From: Paramoeba atlantica | Taxonomy: Eukaryota; Protista; Discosea | NCBI GenBank assembly: GCA_977017575.1 | Contig: CDRNVI010000159.1 | Location: forward strand, 1-55,953 | Length of the DNA stretch: 55,953 nt | Reading direction: 5' to 3' | Part shown: in pieces, positions 23,425 to 35,781 of the stretch | How the letters are laid out: every line of letters begins with the position of its first letter | Position numbering within the stretch: position 1 is the stretch's first letter | Position numbers and translations under genes: made by a program | The notes under the pieces: generated by a model | What the model was told of the DNA's origin: nothing | Seen by the model: the letters and a program-made list of their open reading frames with translations, nothing else | Database searches by the model: none

Positions 23425-23665
23425 TCTCTTCTTTCTTTTCTTTTTTCCTCTTCTTTTTTTTGTTTCTTTTTTTCTTTTTCTCTTTTTCTTTTTTGTTTCT
23501 TTTTTCTTCTTTTTTCTTCATCTCTTTTTCTTTTTACTTTTTTTCACACATTTTTTTTTTTTTTTTTTTTTCCTTTTTCCTTTTTTTTTTTCTTTTTCTC
23601 TTTTTTCTTTTTCTCTTTTTTCTTTTTCTCTTTTTTCTTTTTCTCTTTTTCTTTTTTTTTTTTGA
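23425..23665. repeat. T/C-rich low-complexity tract
   Basis: Almost exclusively T and C, with (TTTTTC)-type iterations. Confidence 0.8.
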
Positions 23666-24002
23666 AAAGATTTAGAAAAATAAAAAACTAATTCTTTTTA
23701 TTCTCAAAATGAATAATAAAAAAAGTCAAAAGGGATTCATTTTCTTTTGTGTTGAGTAGGAACAGGATTTCTTTTTTTTCAATGGTTTTTTGATTTCTTT
23801 TTTGATTTTTTTTTTTCTTTTTTTCTCATTTTCTTCTTTTTTTTTTCTTTTTGTTTTTTTTTATTTCTTTTTTATTTCAGGGTTTTGAAAGCTTAAAAAT
23901 ATGAAAGTTTGTTTTTTGTTGTTTCTTTTGAGTTTTAATCTTTTTGTTGATATTCAGAATTTTTTTTGTTTTATTTTTTTTTATTTTAATTGTTTTTTTT
24001 CT

Positions 24003-25857
24003 TTAGAAAGTGTTTTTTATCATTGAAAATGATATCATCTTATTCCCTGTGATTTACTGTATCCAAAGAATCCTATTTTTCTCTCAGATAAAGTACAATG
24101 TGATGTGATGGGTTAGAGGTTCAGTTTCTTTTTTCCAACATTTTTTTAAACAATATTTAAATAATTAAAGTTTTAATGTTTTTTCCTTCAGAAACTGTTC
24201 TTTATCATTGAAAATTATATTGTCTTATTCCTTGTAATTTATTGTATCCAAAGAAATCTATTTTTCTCTCAGATAAAACACAATGATGTGATGTGAGGGG
24301 TTCAGTTTTTTTTTTCTGATATTTTTCTAAACAATATTTAAATAATTTTGTTTTATTGTTTTTTCCTTCAGAAACTGTTCTTTATTATTGAAAATAATAT
24401 CATCTTATTCCTTGTGATTTACTGTATCCAAAGAAGTCTATTTTTCTCAGATAAAGCACAATGATGTGATATGAGAGGTTTAGTTTCTTTTTTCGGGTAT
24501 TTTTTTAAACAATAACTAATTACTTTTTTTTATTATTTTTTCCTTCAGAAACTATTCTTTATTATTGAAAATGATATCGTCTTATTTCTTGTGATTTACT
24601 GTATCCAAAGAAGTCTATTTTTCTCAGATAAAGCACTTGATGTGATGTGAGGGGTTCAGTTTCTTTTTTTTGATATTTTTTTAAACAATAACTAATTACT
24701 TTTTTTTATTGTTTTTTCCTTCAGAAACTGTTCTTTATCATTGAAAATCACATCGTCTTATTCCCTGTGATTTATTCTCTCCAAAGAAGCTTATTTTTCT
24801 CAGATAAAGCACTTGATGTGATGTGAGGGGTTCAGTTTCTTTTTTTTAATATTTTTTTAAACAATAACTAATTACTTTTTTTTATTGTTTTTTCCTTCAG
24901 AAACTGTTCTTTATTATTGAAAATCACATTGTCTTATTCCCTGTGATTTACTCTCTCTAAAGAATCCTATTTTTCTCAGATAAAGTACAATGATGTGATG
25001 TGAAGGGTTCAGTTTTTTTTTTTCAGTATTTTTTTAAACAATAACTAATTACTTTTTTTTATTGTTTTTTTCTTCAGAGAGTGTTTTTTATTATTGAAAA
25101 TTACATCATCTTATTCCTTGTGATTTACTGTATCCAAAGAATCCTATTTTTTTCTCAGATAAAACACAATGTGATGTGATGGGTTAGAGGTTCAGTTTCT
25201 TTTTTCTGATATTTTTTTAAACAATATTTAAATAATTAAAGTTTTAATGTTTTTTTCTTTCAGAGAGTGTTCTTTATCATTGAAAATAACATTGTCTTAT
25301 TCCTTGTGATTTACTGTATCTAAGGAAGTTTATTTTTCTCTCAGATAAGCACCTGATGTGATGTGAGGAGTTCAATTTCTTTTTTTCTGACATTTTTTTA
25401 AACAATAACTAATTACTTTTTTTTATTGTTTTTTCCTTCAGAGAATGTTCTTTATCATTGAAAATTACATTGTCTTATTCCTTGTGATTTACTCTCTCCA
25501 AAGAAGTCTATTTTTCTCAGATAAAACACAATGTGATGTGATGGGTTAGAGGTTCAGTTTCTTTTTTTTTGGTATTTTTTTTAAACAGTAACTAATTACT
25601 TTTTTTTATTGTTTTTTTCTTCAGAGAGTGTTTTTTATCATTGAAAATTACATTGTCTTATTCCTTGTGATTTACTGTATTCAAAGAATCCTATTTTTCT
25701 CTCAAATAAAGCACAATGTGATGTGATGGGTTAGGGATTTAGTTTCTTTTTTCTGATATTTAATATTTAAATAACTTTTTGTTTTAATATTTTTTCTTTC
25801 AGAGAATGTTCTTTATCCATTGAAAAATTGTATTGTCTTATTCCCTGTGATTTACTT
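24003..25857. repeat. Tandem satellite, ~176-186-bp unit, about 10 copies plus a partial copy
   Basis: The unit anchor (TT)CAG(A)AA..TCATTGAAAA..TCTTATTCC..GTGATTTAC recurs at ~24003, 24188, 24368, 24544, 24720, 24896, 25073, 25259, 25437, 25620 and 25798. Confidence 0.93.
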
Positions 25858-25914
25858 TTGCTTTGAAACCACCAAGAAATAAGAGCACTCTTATTTTTTA
25901 ATAGATTGAGATTT

Positions 25915-26065
25915 TTTTGTGCTTTGGTTTTCTTTCTTTTTTTTCTTTTTTTCTTTTTTTTCTTTTATTTTTTCTCTTCTTTTTCTTTTTTTTTCTCTCT
26001 TTTATTCTTTTTTGTCTCTTGCTCCTCCAATCCTTTTTTTTTTCTCTTTTCCCTCTTTCTTCCTT

Positions 26066-26110
<45 letters not shown>

Positions 26111-26130
26111 CTTTTTTCTTTTTGCTAATT
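25915..26130. repeat. Polypyrimidine tract including a long poly-T run
   Basis: T/C-only stretch with a T run around 26068-26110. Confidence 0.8.
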
Positions 26131-27389
26131 TTCCTCTTTTGCCTCTTTCTCTCTTACCAAAGTATTGTTGGGGGTTTAGGGGTAATATTATGGACCACAT
26201 CTAATTAAGTTTACAAGCTTTTTTCCCTTTCCTTTCATTGCTCCTCTTTTTTTCCTTCCCTTCCTCCCTTTCTTTGTGTTCAATTTGCTTTCTTTTCTTT
26301 TGTTTCATCTTTGACACATCCTGTCTGTGTGTGGCCAAAATCTACTCTTTTCTTTTCTGATTTATTTTTTTTCTTTTACTTTCTCTTTTGTTTTTTGGAG
26401 TTTAAAATAATAAAAAAGAAAGGTTAAAGGTTTGTTTTGTTTTTTTGAAAAATCAAAAAAATATTAATAAAAAAATCAATTTTTGATTTGTTTTATTTTT
26501 TGGTTTTTTTGAAAAAAAATGAAAAACACAAACACACAACATAATGATCACAAATGAAAAACAAACTAATATCACCTTAACAACAAACAAAAAAACCATT
26601 AACCCTTTCTTTTATCAACACAACTATTGCACAAGTCTTTGAACTTATGGAGAGTTGACCTCCTCCTTTCAGCAGTGGTGTGGTGCCCCTCCGTCTGTGT
26701 AAAGATGGCAAGAAGATGAAAAATCTGAAAATTGAAACACTAGGGTTTAGAGTTGTTATTTGGTTGTTGTTAGTTGTGTTGTTGCCTCTTTATGCTTGGT
26801 GAATCAGCAAACACTTTTATTTTTTCTTGGAAGAGGAGGGGAGGAGATGTCTCTTTAAGGTTAGAGTTTAGACTTCAATTTTCAGTGTACCAGTAAGCTG
26901 CTTTTTAAATTTTTTTTTTTTGTTTTAAGAACTCTGCCAACATAGCGATAGAGTTTTCTTTTGTTTTCTTTCTTCTCTAAACCCACAAATATTCTAACAA
27001 AAAAAAAACAAAAAAATTCTTAAAAATTCTCAAAAAAATTCTCAAAAAATTCTCAAAAAAAAATAAAAAAAATTCTCACAAAAAAAAAATAAAAAAAAGC
27101 AGAGTTCCTACCCCCTCCCATTTTTCAGGTACAAAAATCTCTTTTTTGAAGATACTTTTTTTTGTTTTTTTTTGAGAATTTTTTGAGAATTTTTTATTTT
27201 TTTTTTTGTTTTTTTTTGTTTTTTTTTTTTATTTTTTTTTTTTTTTTTGAATATTGAACACATTTTTTATGTTAGTTTCTTTCCATGTCCCATAAAGTCC
27301 TTTTTCCCTCTTTTTGTCAAAAAGACCGCCGAACATACTGGTGTTTACAAAAAAGAGAAGAAAAAAAAGCAAAAAAGTGAAAAGTACAA

Positions 27390-28470
27390 ATGACGAATGA
27401 GGACAATTTTTACTTAACAGCATTTCAATGCAACCCCCCTTCCTCTTCTTTACCACCTTTGAGAAAGAAGGAAGAGAAGTTTACGATATTACTACCTTTT
27501 TCAGTTTCTATTCCAGAGCCTTTCAGAAATTATTATTTTTCCTCCTCCATTCTCAGCAGCAGCAACAGAAGCAACCTTTTAAACCCTCTCAACAAACCTG
27601 GAAAAGAATACAAAATTTTTCCCTTTTTTTCACTTCATGAATATCATATCTTTATGAACACAAACCTTCCTCAACCACTTCTAACATTTCCACTAGTTCT
27701 TTCCCAATATTTGAGCATCTTCTTTTTCTTTTTGAAGAATTCTTGTCATTTTTCACAAAAACAAACTTCAAAAAATTTTGATCTTAAAGGAACAATTATG
27801 ATTGGATATACTGTTAATGCAATTAGGGCAACAGGTTTTTTCTTTAATTTTTTTTTCTTTAATTTTTTATCTCTTTTTTCTTTGTTTTTTTCGTTTATCT
27901 TTTTTCTCTAACTTTATTTTTGTTTCTTTTTCGTCTGTTCGTCTTACACCCTAACCCACTCCCTTTAATTGTTTTCCCCTAATTTTGGATTAGGTTTTGA
28001 AAAACCCCACAATTTTGTCCGCCATTTTAGAGTTGCTAATAATCCACTCGAACAAAAAATTCCCCAATGGAAAAAACAATTATGGCTTCAAGGGAAATAC
28101 CTATATTCTCTTCTTGATGATCACTTCACTTCTGGGGAATTTGTAATCTATGTTTCTTTAATAACATTGAATGACCAATTAGTCAAATGGCACTCTAATA
28201 AATGTAATATTACATTTCAAATTGTTATTTTTTTAGGAATGTTTGTCGGTGAGAGTTTTTTTGAATTTGAAGACCCAACAGGAGTATATACAATTCGAAT
28301 TCCAATTATTCCAGGAACAATAATTGTTTTTGATGGATGTTTGTGACATTGAAAAATTGCAATGGAAAGTTTTTGTAGGGAATAATATACTATTATTTTT
28401 TTTAAAAATTATGACCAGCAATTCTCTTCCCTGGATAATATTATGTGGCCTCCTCACTTTTATCATATTT
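27390..28470 (+). pseudogene. TET/JBP-like 2OG-Fe(II) dioxygenase pseudogene, copy 1 (intron 27835-27993)
   Basis: Spliced frame gives KNFDLKGTIMIGYTVNAIRATG/FEKPHNF...VKWHSNKCNITFQIVIFLGMFVGE...IPGTIIVFDGCL*H*KIA. HSNKCN is HxDxxD after G>A changes. Paralog of 46826-48088 with the same intron position. Confidence 0.7.
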
Positions 28471-30459
28471 CTTATAATAAAAATATTCTTTTTTTTTAAA
28501 TTCAAAAAAATTCAAAGATTTTTAATTGTTATTTTTATGGTAGGTGGTTTCAGGGTTTAAGGTTTTAGAAGAAAAAGAATCAAAAGAAGAAGAAAATCAA
28601 CAAACATCAAACACCAATTCACCAATTTTCTCTTCTTGATTTCGATTCAAATATTAATTCTTTGAAAAAAAAAAAAATTGACACAAAAAAACAACAATAA
28701 AAAGATGTCTTTTTATTCAGGACATCAATTTTTTTTTTCATTTTTTTTTTTTTTGTTTTTTTTATTTTTGAAATGAAAAAGGAGGTTTGGATTTTGGGTT
28801 GTTCTGGTGATCCTTTTGTTGTGTTGTCCAATGTTTGGCAGTTTTGTAAGTATTAAGAGGGAAAGGAGAGGAAGAAGATGTGTTATGATGATGGCAAACC
28901 ATGAAAGAAGGGAGGGGGGGGAAAGAAGTGGTGTTAAGATGAGGAAAGATCATCTCACACAATAATTGATACATGTAGTTGTTGTTGTTTGTTGTTGTTT
29001 GTTGAGAGAGCAAACATCAAGCTTTTCAGCAGTGATAAATCGTTTCTTTTTGCTGGTTTGTTCTAATTTGATTATTATAAAAGAAGAGAAATATATCTTT
29101 ACTGACTTATGTAATTAGTGATTTATTAAAGAAAATCAATCAACGGCATTCAAAGAAATTTAGGGTTTTGAAGGGGGGAGGAGAGAGAGAGTGAAAGAGA
29201 CTCGAGAGAAGAGAAAGAAAGAGAAAGAGGTTTCAAGAAGGTTTTTTATTTTTTTTTTTTTTTTTTAATTTAAAACAATAAAATAATATTTTTTTTATTT
29301 TATCCTTCAAAACACTAATTCAATATTCCTTTTTCTTTTTTTCTTTTTTTAAAGGAAGAGACGACAACGATAATATAACAGCAGGAGTTGAATATAATGA
29401 AGAGAAAAAAAAAGAAAAGATTAAGTTGAATACTTAATTTATTTTTTTTTTTCTCTCATTTTGAGTTTCAAAACAAATAAAAATCAAGAGAAAAAGGGAA
29501 GGGGGGTGGAGAGAGAGAGAGAGGAGTTCAAAAGTTGTGTTTCTTCTCTCTCTTCTTCTAATGTTTGAATAATATTGAGGAGGGTTTAAGCTCGAAAAAA
29601 GGTTTTTCTTTTCTTTTTTTGTTTCAAAGAATTCTTTTTATTGTAAAAGATTAATTTTTTTTTTTTTTGAAAAAAAGAAAAACGTTTTTGTTTTTGCTTG
29701 TTTTCTTTTTTTAGAGGTACACATGGAAAGACTAAGGTGTGGTGAGAGAGAGCAAGGACAACGATAACCTTTTTGAAAAGGTTTTTTTTGAATTTTTTTG
29801 AATGTTGGCTTGACTTTTCATTTCACTTTCGTGGTTGGAAAGAGCTTTTTCTCTTTTTGCTAAAAGAGTACACGTGCAAAAACAAAGAGTTTTCTCTCTT
29901 TTTTCAAGTAACCAACAACACCAACTCAAACAAACAAGCAACACACACTCACTCCTCCCCCTCCCTCTCTTCTTCTTTAGACGATTGGTTTTTGAGGTAT
30001 TATTTTCAACACTTCCCTTTGAGTGAATATTGTTTTTTGTTTTTATAAGAGTTTTCTGGTTTTCTGGTTTTTGGTAATGATTAAAAATGAATTTTAACTC
30101 TCTTTTTTTCTTATTGTTAGAAGAGACACGAAGCAGCTTAAGATAAGCATCCTTCCTCCCTTCTCCCTCCCCCCCTTCTCCAATCCTTTAGAAGAAAAGA
30201 GAGCATTATCGCGTGTCGTATTGTATCATATCATATCGTACATTGTGTCTAGGTGTGTGGTGTGTGTGAATTAGTAGAGTACACTCTTTATTTTTTTGTT
30301 GGCCAGTGTAGTGTAGTTCCACACTTTGGTGTGTAATCTTTCACCCAATTCGAGAGAATTATCCATCCACCATTTGCTCCACTCTCCCTCCCCCAAAATA
30401 ATACATATATGCTGGCTGGCTGGCTGGCTGGCTTGTAAAAAGGATTTATTCTTTACAGT

Positions 30460-33400
30460 ATGATGTTTTTCTCGCTTGATCACCTTGTGTTTTCACAGTT
30501 GGTGAAACAAGATTATGATTTAACTCGATTGTTTCCACCACCTCATAATGATGATCTGTTTTCCCAGCAGCAGCAGCAGCAGTATTCTTCTCCTCCTCCT
30601 TTTATGATTGTTAGAGGTTCACAGACTCAATATGTGATTTTTGTGTGTGGTCATAGTTTTATCCCAACTGCTGAAAAAAAGAGTACGAGTACTTCTGAAA
30701 AGTATTATTGGATAAAGAAATCTTTCTTGAAACAATGTCAGACAAAATCTTGCGATCCTTTGGTGATGAAGAGGTGTTCACTTGATTATGTTTCTCAATT
30801 TTTATCTTTCTCGCATATAACTTATCAAAGACTTCCTATCTTCGAAGGAGCTGTTCTACAAGGGACACTTCATTTCTCTTTTTGTTCTGAATGTAATAGT
30901 GTTGTTTGTAAAAGGAAAAGTGATTTATCAAAGAAAAAACATGCAAATGGTTGTACTTGCACTTCTTTGAACAGTCAAGTGGTGGTGGTGTATCAATAGA
31001 AAGGTGTTTTGTTTGATGGGTGTCCAACTTCTTCTTCCTCTTCTTTGTTCGAATTGACAAAAAGAGAGCAGCAGCAGCAGCAACAGAAGCAGTTTTCTTG
31101 TTCTTGTTCTTGTTTCAAGAATTCTCATCATGGTTGTTGTTCTTGTTCTTTCCCTCATTCTTATTGTTCTTCTTCTTTTGAGTCAGATCCTCCTTCTTCT
31201 TGTTGTTGTTCTTTTCTTCTTGAGACAACCACAAGAACAACAACTGACAACTCAACAACAACAACAACAACAACAACAATGAAAACAGAGGAGGAGAAAG
31301 CTGCTGCTGGTACTGCTGCTGCTGCTGGTACTGCTGCTGCTGCTGTTGGAGGAAGGAGAGAAGGAAACAACTCTGTCTCCTCTCTTTGTTTGATGTTGAA
31401 TATGAACCTGAATGAAAAAGATATGTTTTTACCATATGCGTTGAGAACAACAAATTCTGTTGAGAATGGTGGTGGTGGTGGTGGTGGGATTACAGATTAT
31501 TCATTAAAGGAAAGTCAATTTTGACAGAAACAGCTTCAAGCTCTCGATAATTCAGCTGTTGGTTCTTGTATTCCTTCATTCTTCAAACCTTTTTTGAGCT
31601 TCAATGAGATGATACCTTTTTCTTCTCATCACCATTATCGAAATGATGGTGGTGGTGGTGGTGGTGGCAGCAGCAATGGCAGCAACAGAAACAGCAGTAG
31701 GAGTTGTGGTGGTGGTAGTATGAATAAGAATCACAGCAGGTTGTTGTCTGGGTCTGGTGGTGGTGGTGGTGGAATTATTGAACCTTAGTTAAATTCATCA
31801 CCTTATAAAAATCCATTACTGGAGGTTTTGATTTCAGTTCTTTTTGAAGGAAAAGCATTTGTTTTGGGTGAGCTTTCAGTTTCAATGTGAAGAGATATTT
31901 ATTGAATTTGAACAAAAGGAGGAAATTGGGATCTTTCAATGGGACAATCTTCAGATGAAACAGTATTTTCAAAGGTTGGGCAATCAGATCAGACAACAAA
32001 ACAATATGCTTAGCATCTTCTTTCTTTATTTGAGATGATGGGAATTGATGTAGTAAGGGCTTGTGTTGGTGTTCCGGTGAGTGGTGGTGGTGGTGGTTGT
32101 GGTGGTTTTGATGGTTTAACTAAAAGAGAAGCAATTCTTTGGTTGGCTTTAAATATCTTTTCATATGCACATTGCTTGATTGGCTCGAAGTTTATTTCTC
32201 ATTCGATATCCAATGTTGTTGCCAAGTTTCTTCGAAATGGTTCTTCTGTTCATAATGATGAATTCTCCTCTTCCTCTTTTTCGTCAAACCGTTTTTCTTC
32301 TTCTTCTTCTTCTTTATCATTTCCATTGAATCATTTGAAGAAGATATTGTATGCACTTCAAATGATGGATTTATACCTATACCCTCTTGTACTTAATATT
32401 TTTGATGTTAATGTTGATGAAAATATACAAAGTCACATGATTCAGCGCTGTCGTTATAAGATTGTTTATCTTTGTCAACGACTTGGAGAGGAAGAGAAGA
32501 AGCAAGAGAAAAAAAGAAAACCAGATATTGTTTATGAAGTTGAAAAAGAAAAGAATCTTCTTCATATTTCTTGGAAAGATATTTTTTCTTTTTGTTGGAC
32601 AATTTTGTAAGTTCCAGTCATTTCTTCTTCTTCTGTTTCTTCTTCTTCCTCAATAACTCCTCGTCCTACTGCTATTGGAGAAGAAGCAACAAGAATGGCA
32701 GTGGAAAGAGGAGTGGGGCTGATGAGAACAGCAACAGGAGGAGTGAGAACATTGGCAACAAAAACACCAACAACAGAAGAGAGAATAGTGATGGAGATAG
32801 AAAGAGAAGAAGAAGAAGAGGAGGTGGTAATGAGAATGGCAGGAGGAGGAGGAGGAGGAGGAGGAGGAAGAGGAAGAGGAGGAGGAGCATTAACATTAAC
32901 AGAGGAGGAGGAAGAGGGAGAAGAGGGAACAACACCAACACAAAAGCAGGCACCATCACCACCACTCTTATTAAAGACAGTAAGAGGAGTGGGGGGAGAG
33001 GTGAAAATCTATCAATCAACCCTTTCAGCCATTGTTAAAAAACTGAAAGATATTCTTTTACAGTTTCTTCGATCTTTAAAGTTGAATTCCCTGTACCAAA
33101 ACCACGTATGGATGCCAAATGGTCTGGTAATTGCTGCTGCTGCTGCTCCCTCTTCTTCTACAAACAATCCACTGAAACCAATTACACAAAAATCAATTGT
33201 TTTGAATGATGATCTCAGCAACAGCAACAGTGGTGGTGGGGGTCATGGTGGTGGTCATGGTGGTAGTGGTAGTGGTTTTGGTGGGTTCATTAAGAAAGAT
33301 GATTAAAAGCAATTTTATTATTTATACATTCTGTACCACTACTTTTCGTCTGTGTTGACACCTCGAAAATGCGAATTTTCCTCTCTTCATTCACCAAACT

Positions 33401-35781
33401 CATTTTGTCAATGGAAACCAACTTCGAATTACCCAATTGTATTTCTTTTGGATATTAAGAAGAAGAAAGCAAGTCAATTAATCAATATTTCTTTTCTTGA
33501 TAAGTTGGCTTCTTTTTGTTTTGCAATTGATTGATAGTATCTTATTTCAATGAGTGAGGTGGTTTCAAAGTGTGAGACATGGACCTTGGATCCAGTATTA
33601 ATTGATTTGATTCTTCGTTCTCTTTTTCAGATAAGCAAATTACCCTCTGATAAAGTTCTTGAATTTCGAATACTTCAGCAAATGAAGTTAACTTGCCAAA
33701 ATGTTGTTTTTTGTAATGGTGGTAGTGGTGGTGGTGGTGGTGGTGGGGGGGGGGGGAGCGAACAACACTTCCCCCCAAAAAGTTGTTTTGGAGGAAGAGA
33801 AGGAGGAAGAGGTGGTGGTGATGAAATATTTTCTTCCTCTTCTTCTTCTTCTTCTTCATCCTCGATTTTTTCAATGTTAGCAACTGGAAATGGATATTTT
33901 TTTCAAACATTTCGAACCTCTTATGGATTTAAAAAAGAGACAAATGTGGATTTGAAATGGAGTTTCTTGGAAGAGCTTTGTACTCAATGGAGAGATTCAT
34001 TACATGCTGCGGCAACAATAATTTTACCAACTGCTGCTTCCCCCTCCCCTGGACCACCCTCCTCTTCCTTCTCCTCCTCCTCCTCGTTATTGCTGCCTCC
34101 ATTACCTTTTTCTTCTTTGATGACCTCATCATTATAGTATATGGAAGATTACTACAAAGAATTTATTGAGGCAAAGGGATGGAAAGAATTGAAACCAGAG
34201 CAAAAAGAAGATTTGATTGTGATTTCTTTAAATCACCACACTCTTATTTCTCGACCTTGTAGATTTAGGAAGTCAATTTATTATGAGTATTTTGCTTTTT
34301 CTCATGCAAAGATGAGAGAAAGAAGAGGAAGAAGAAGAGAAAACTTAAAGCAACAACAACAACAACAACAATCTGATAACGATAATGATGATAATAATTT
34401 TTTGCACCACCACCATCACCATCCTCTTCTTTTAGTTGTTCCAATGATTGCTTTTAAATTACAATCTCTTTTAATTCTTTCATCTCTTCCAACAATTTGA
34501 TGTGCGATTCTTTGTTCACAATATTTTGAACAACAACAACATCAACAAAAAAAAAGAAATGAGAAGATGTGTGGCGGTGGTGATGATGATGAAATTGATA
34601 TTTTTATTGCATGTCCTGAAGTTTTGACTATGAAAGAATTTATTGAGTGGTTAGATCTTCAACAATATGAACAATAACAAAAACAAAAAAGAACACAAAG
34701 GAGAGGAAGGAGAGAGGAAGAGGAAGAGGAGGAGAAATTTGAAGAAGAAGAAGCTTCTTCTTCTCTCAGAACAACAAATACAAATCCCACCCCCCCCTAT
34801 ATTGCTGCTGCTGTTGCAACTAATTCTTCTTCTTTGGATTTGTTGAAAAAAATCTTTTTGTTTATTTTTATTGATGAAGCTCATCTCCAATGGTCTGCTG
34901 GTCCTTCGTATTGCTTGAGCTATCTTCACTTGAGAACCACTTGTCTTAAAATTGAAGAAAAAGTTATCGAAATGTCAGGAACTTATGATTCTTCAATGTT
35001 TGAAGAAGAGATTAATGCAATTGATTGTGGGAAAGGAAAGAATGTTTTTCATGCAATTCAAGGATCTGTTGATCTTTCTGCTTCTCTTTCGAATTTTCCG
35101 AATGATGTGTTTGTTTATCCTTCCAAGGAATGCTTGGATGGAACAAAAGAAAATCTTCTTACTTATGTTTTAATACAAGTCCCCCGTGCTCAATGTCAAG
35201 TTTTGATTTATTGTCGTACAAAAAGTCAAGTCTCTGAGGTTTATTACTATTTTAAAAAATCTGATAAGTTATTCGTGTGATACTCAGATAAATGATATTC
35301 AAATGTTGTTCTTATCCCCTTTTCTTCAGACTATCGAAACAATTCAACACACTTGGAAAATATGAAATCAGTTCTTTCTTCCTCTTCATCACAACCACCA
35401 CGAAAAGAAGGAACAACAGCGGCAGCAGTGGAAAGTACTTTTATTATCATTGGAACTTCAACAATTTGTTAAGCATGTGACTTTCTAGTTCTTTCTTATT
35501 TATTGATGATGGATGTATCCTTTTCAATTTTGGATACTTTACAACTTTGTGGCTGAGTGACTCGAGGGAACTGAACTCCAGGAAAAATTGTTTTATTTAC
35601 TCCTCCTCCTCCTCCAAAATTTCTTCTTTCTTCAAAAAGGAAAGAGGAAGAAGAGGGTGAATCAATGATTTCATCTAATTCTTTTTTTCCTCTTGTTTCC
35701 TCATTATCATCAACAGTAGCAGTGCCACTGCTCCTCCCTTCCTCTCTTTCTTCTTCTTCTTTTTCTTCTTCTTCTTCTAAT
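30460..35781 (+). pseudogene. Large single-frame gene: Zn-finger + tyrosine-recombinase-like + RecQ-like SF2 helicase (telomere-linked-helicase-like), inactivated by ~19 in-frame stops
   Basis: All ORF-track pieces at 30460, 31009, 31594, 32035, 32695, 33352, 33550, 34141 and 34834 share one frame. RecQ motifs: KELKPEQ, PCRFRKS (from PCGFGKS), VPMIA, IACPEVL, DEAH, MSGT, LIYCRTK, IGTSTIC*ACDF, QLCG*VTR. The RecQ call is strong; the recombinase-like call is weaker. Confidence 0.8.

Noticed and set aside
24003-25857. Tandem box C/D snoRNA array (TGATG/CTGA-like words in each monomer)
   Set aside because: There is no consistent RTGATGA..CTGA pair with a terminal stem. The words are expected in this composition.
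22650-26210. Phe/Lys-rich ORFs of 60-110 aa in the ORF track (also at 37900-44400 and 54670-55385)
   Set aside because: These are translations of poly-T/poly-A/AG low-complexity DNA on both strands, with no protein-like motifs.
30460-35781. Non-standard genetic code (all three stops read as sense) or RNA editing as the explanation for the in-frame stops
   Set aside because: TGA falls at expected Arg positions, which is not a known reassignment. Walker A Gly>Arg and catalytic Asp>Asn missense changes show the same transition bias. eIF1 reads normally. Pseudogenisation is simpler.
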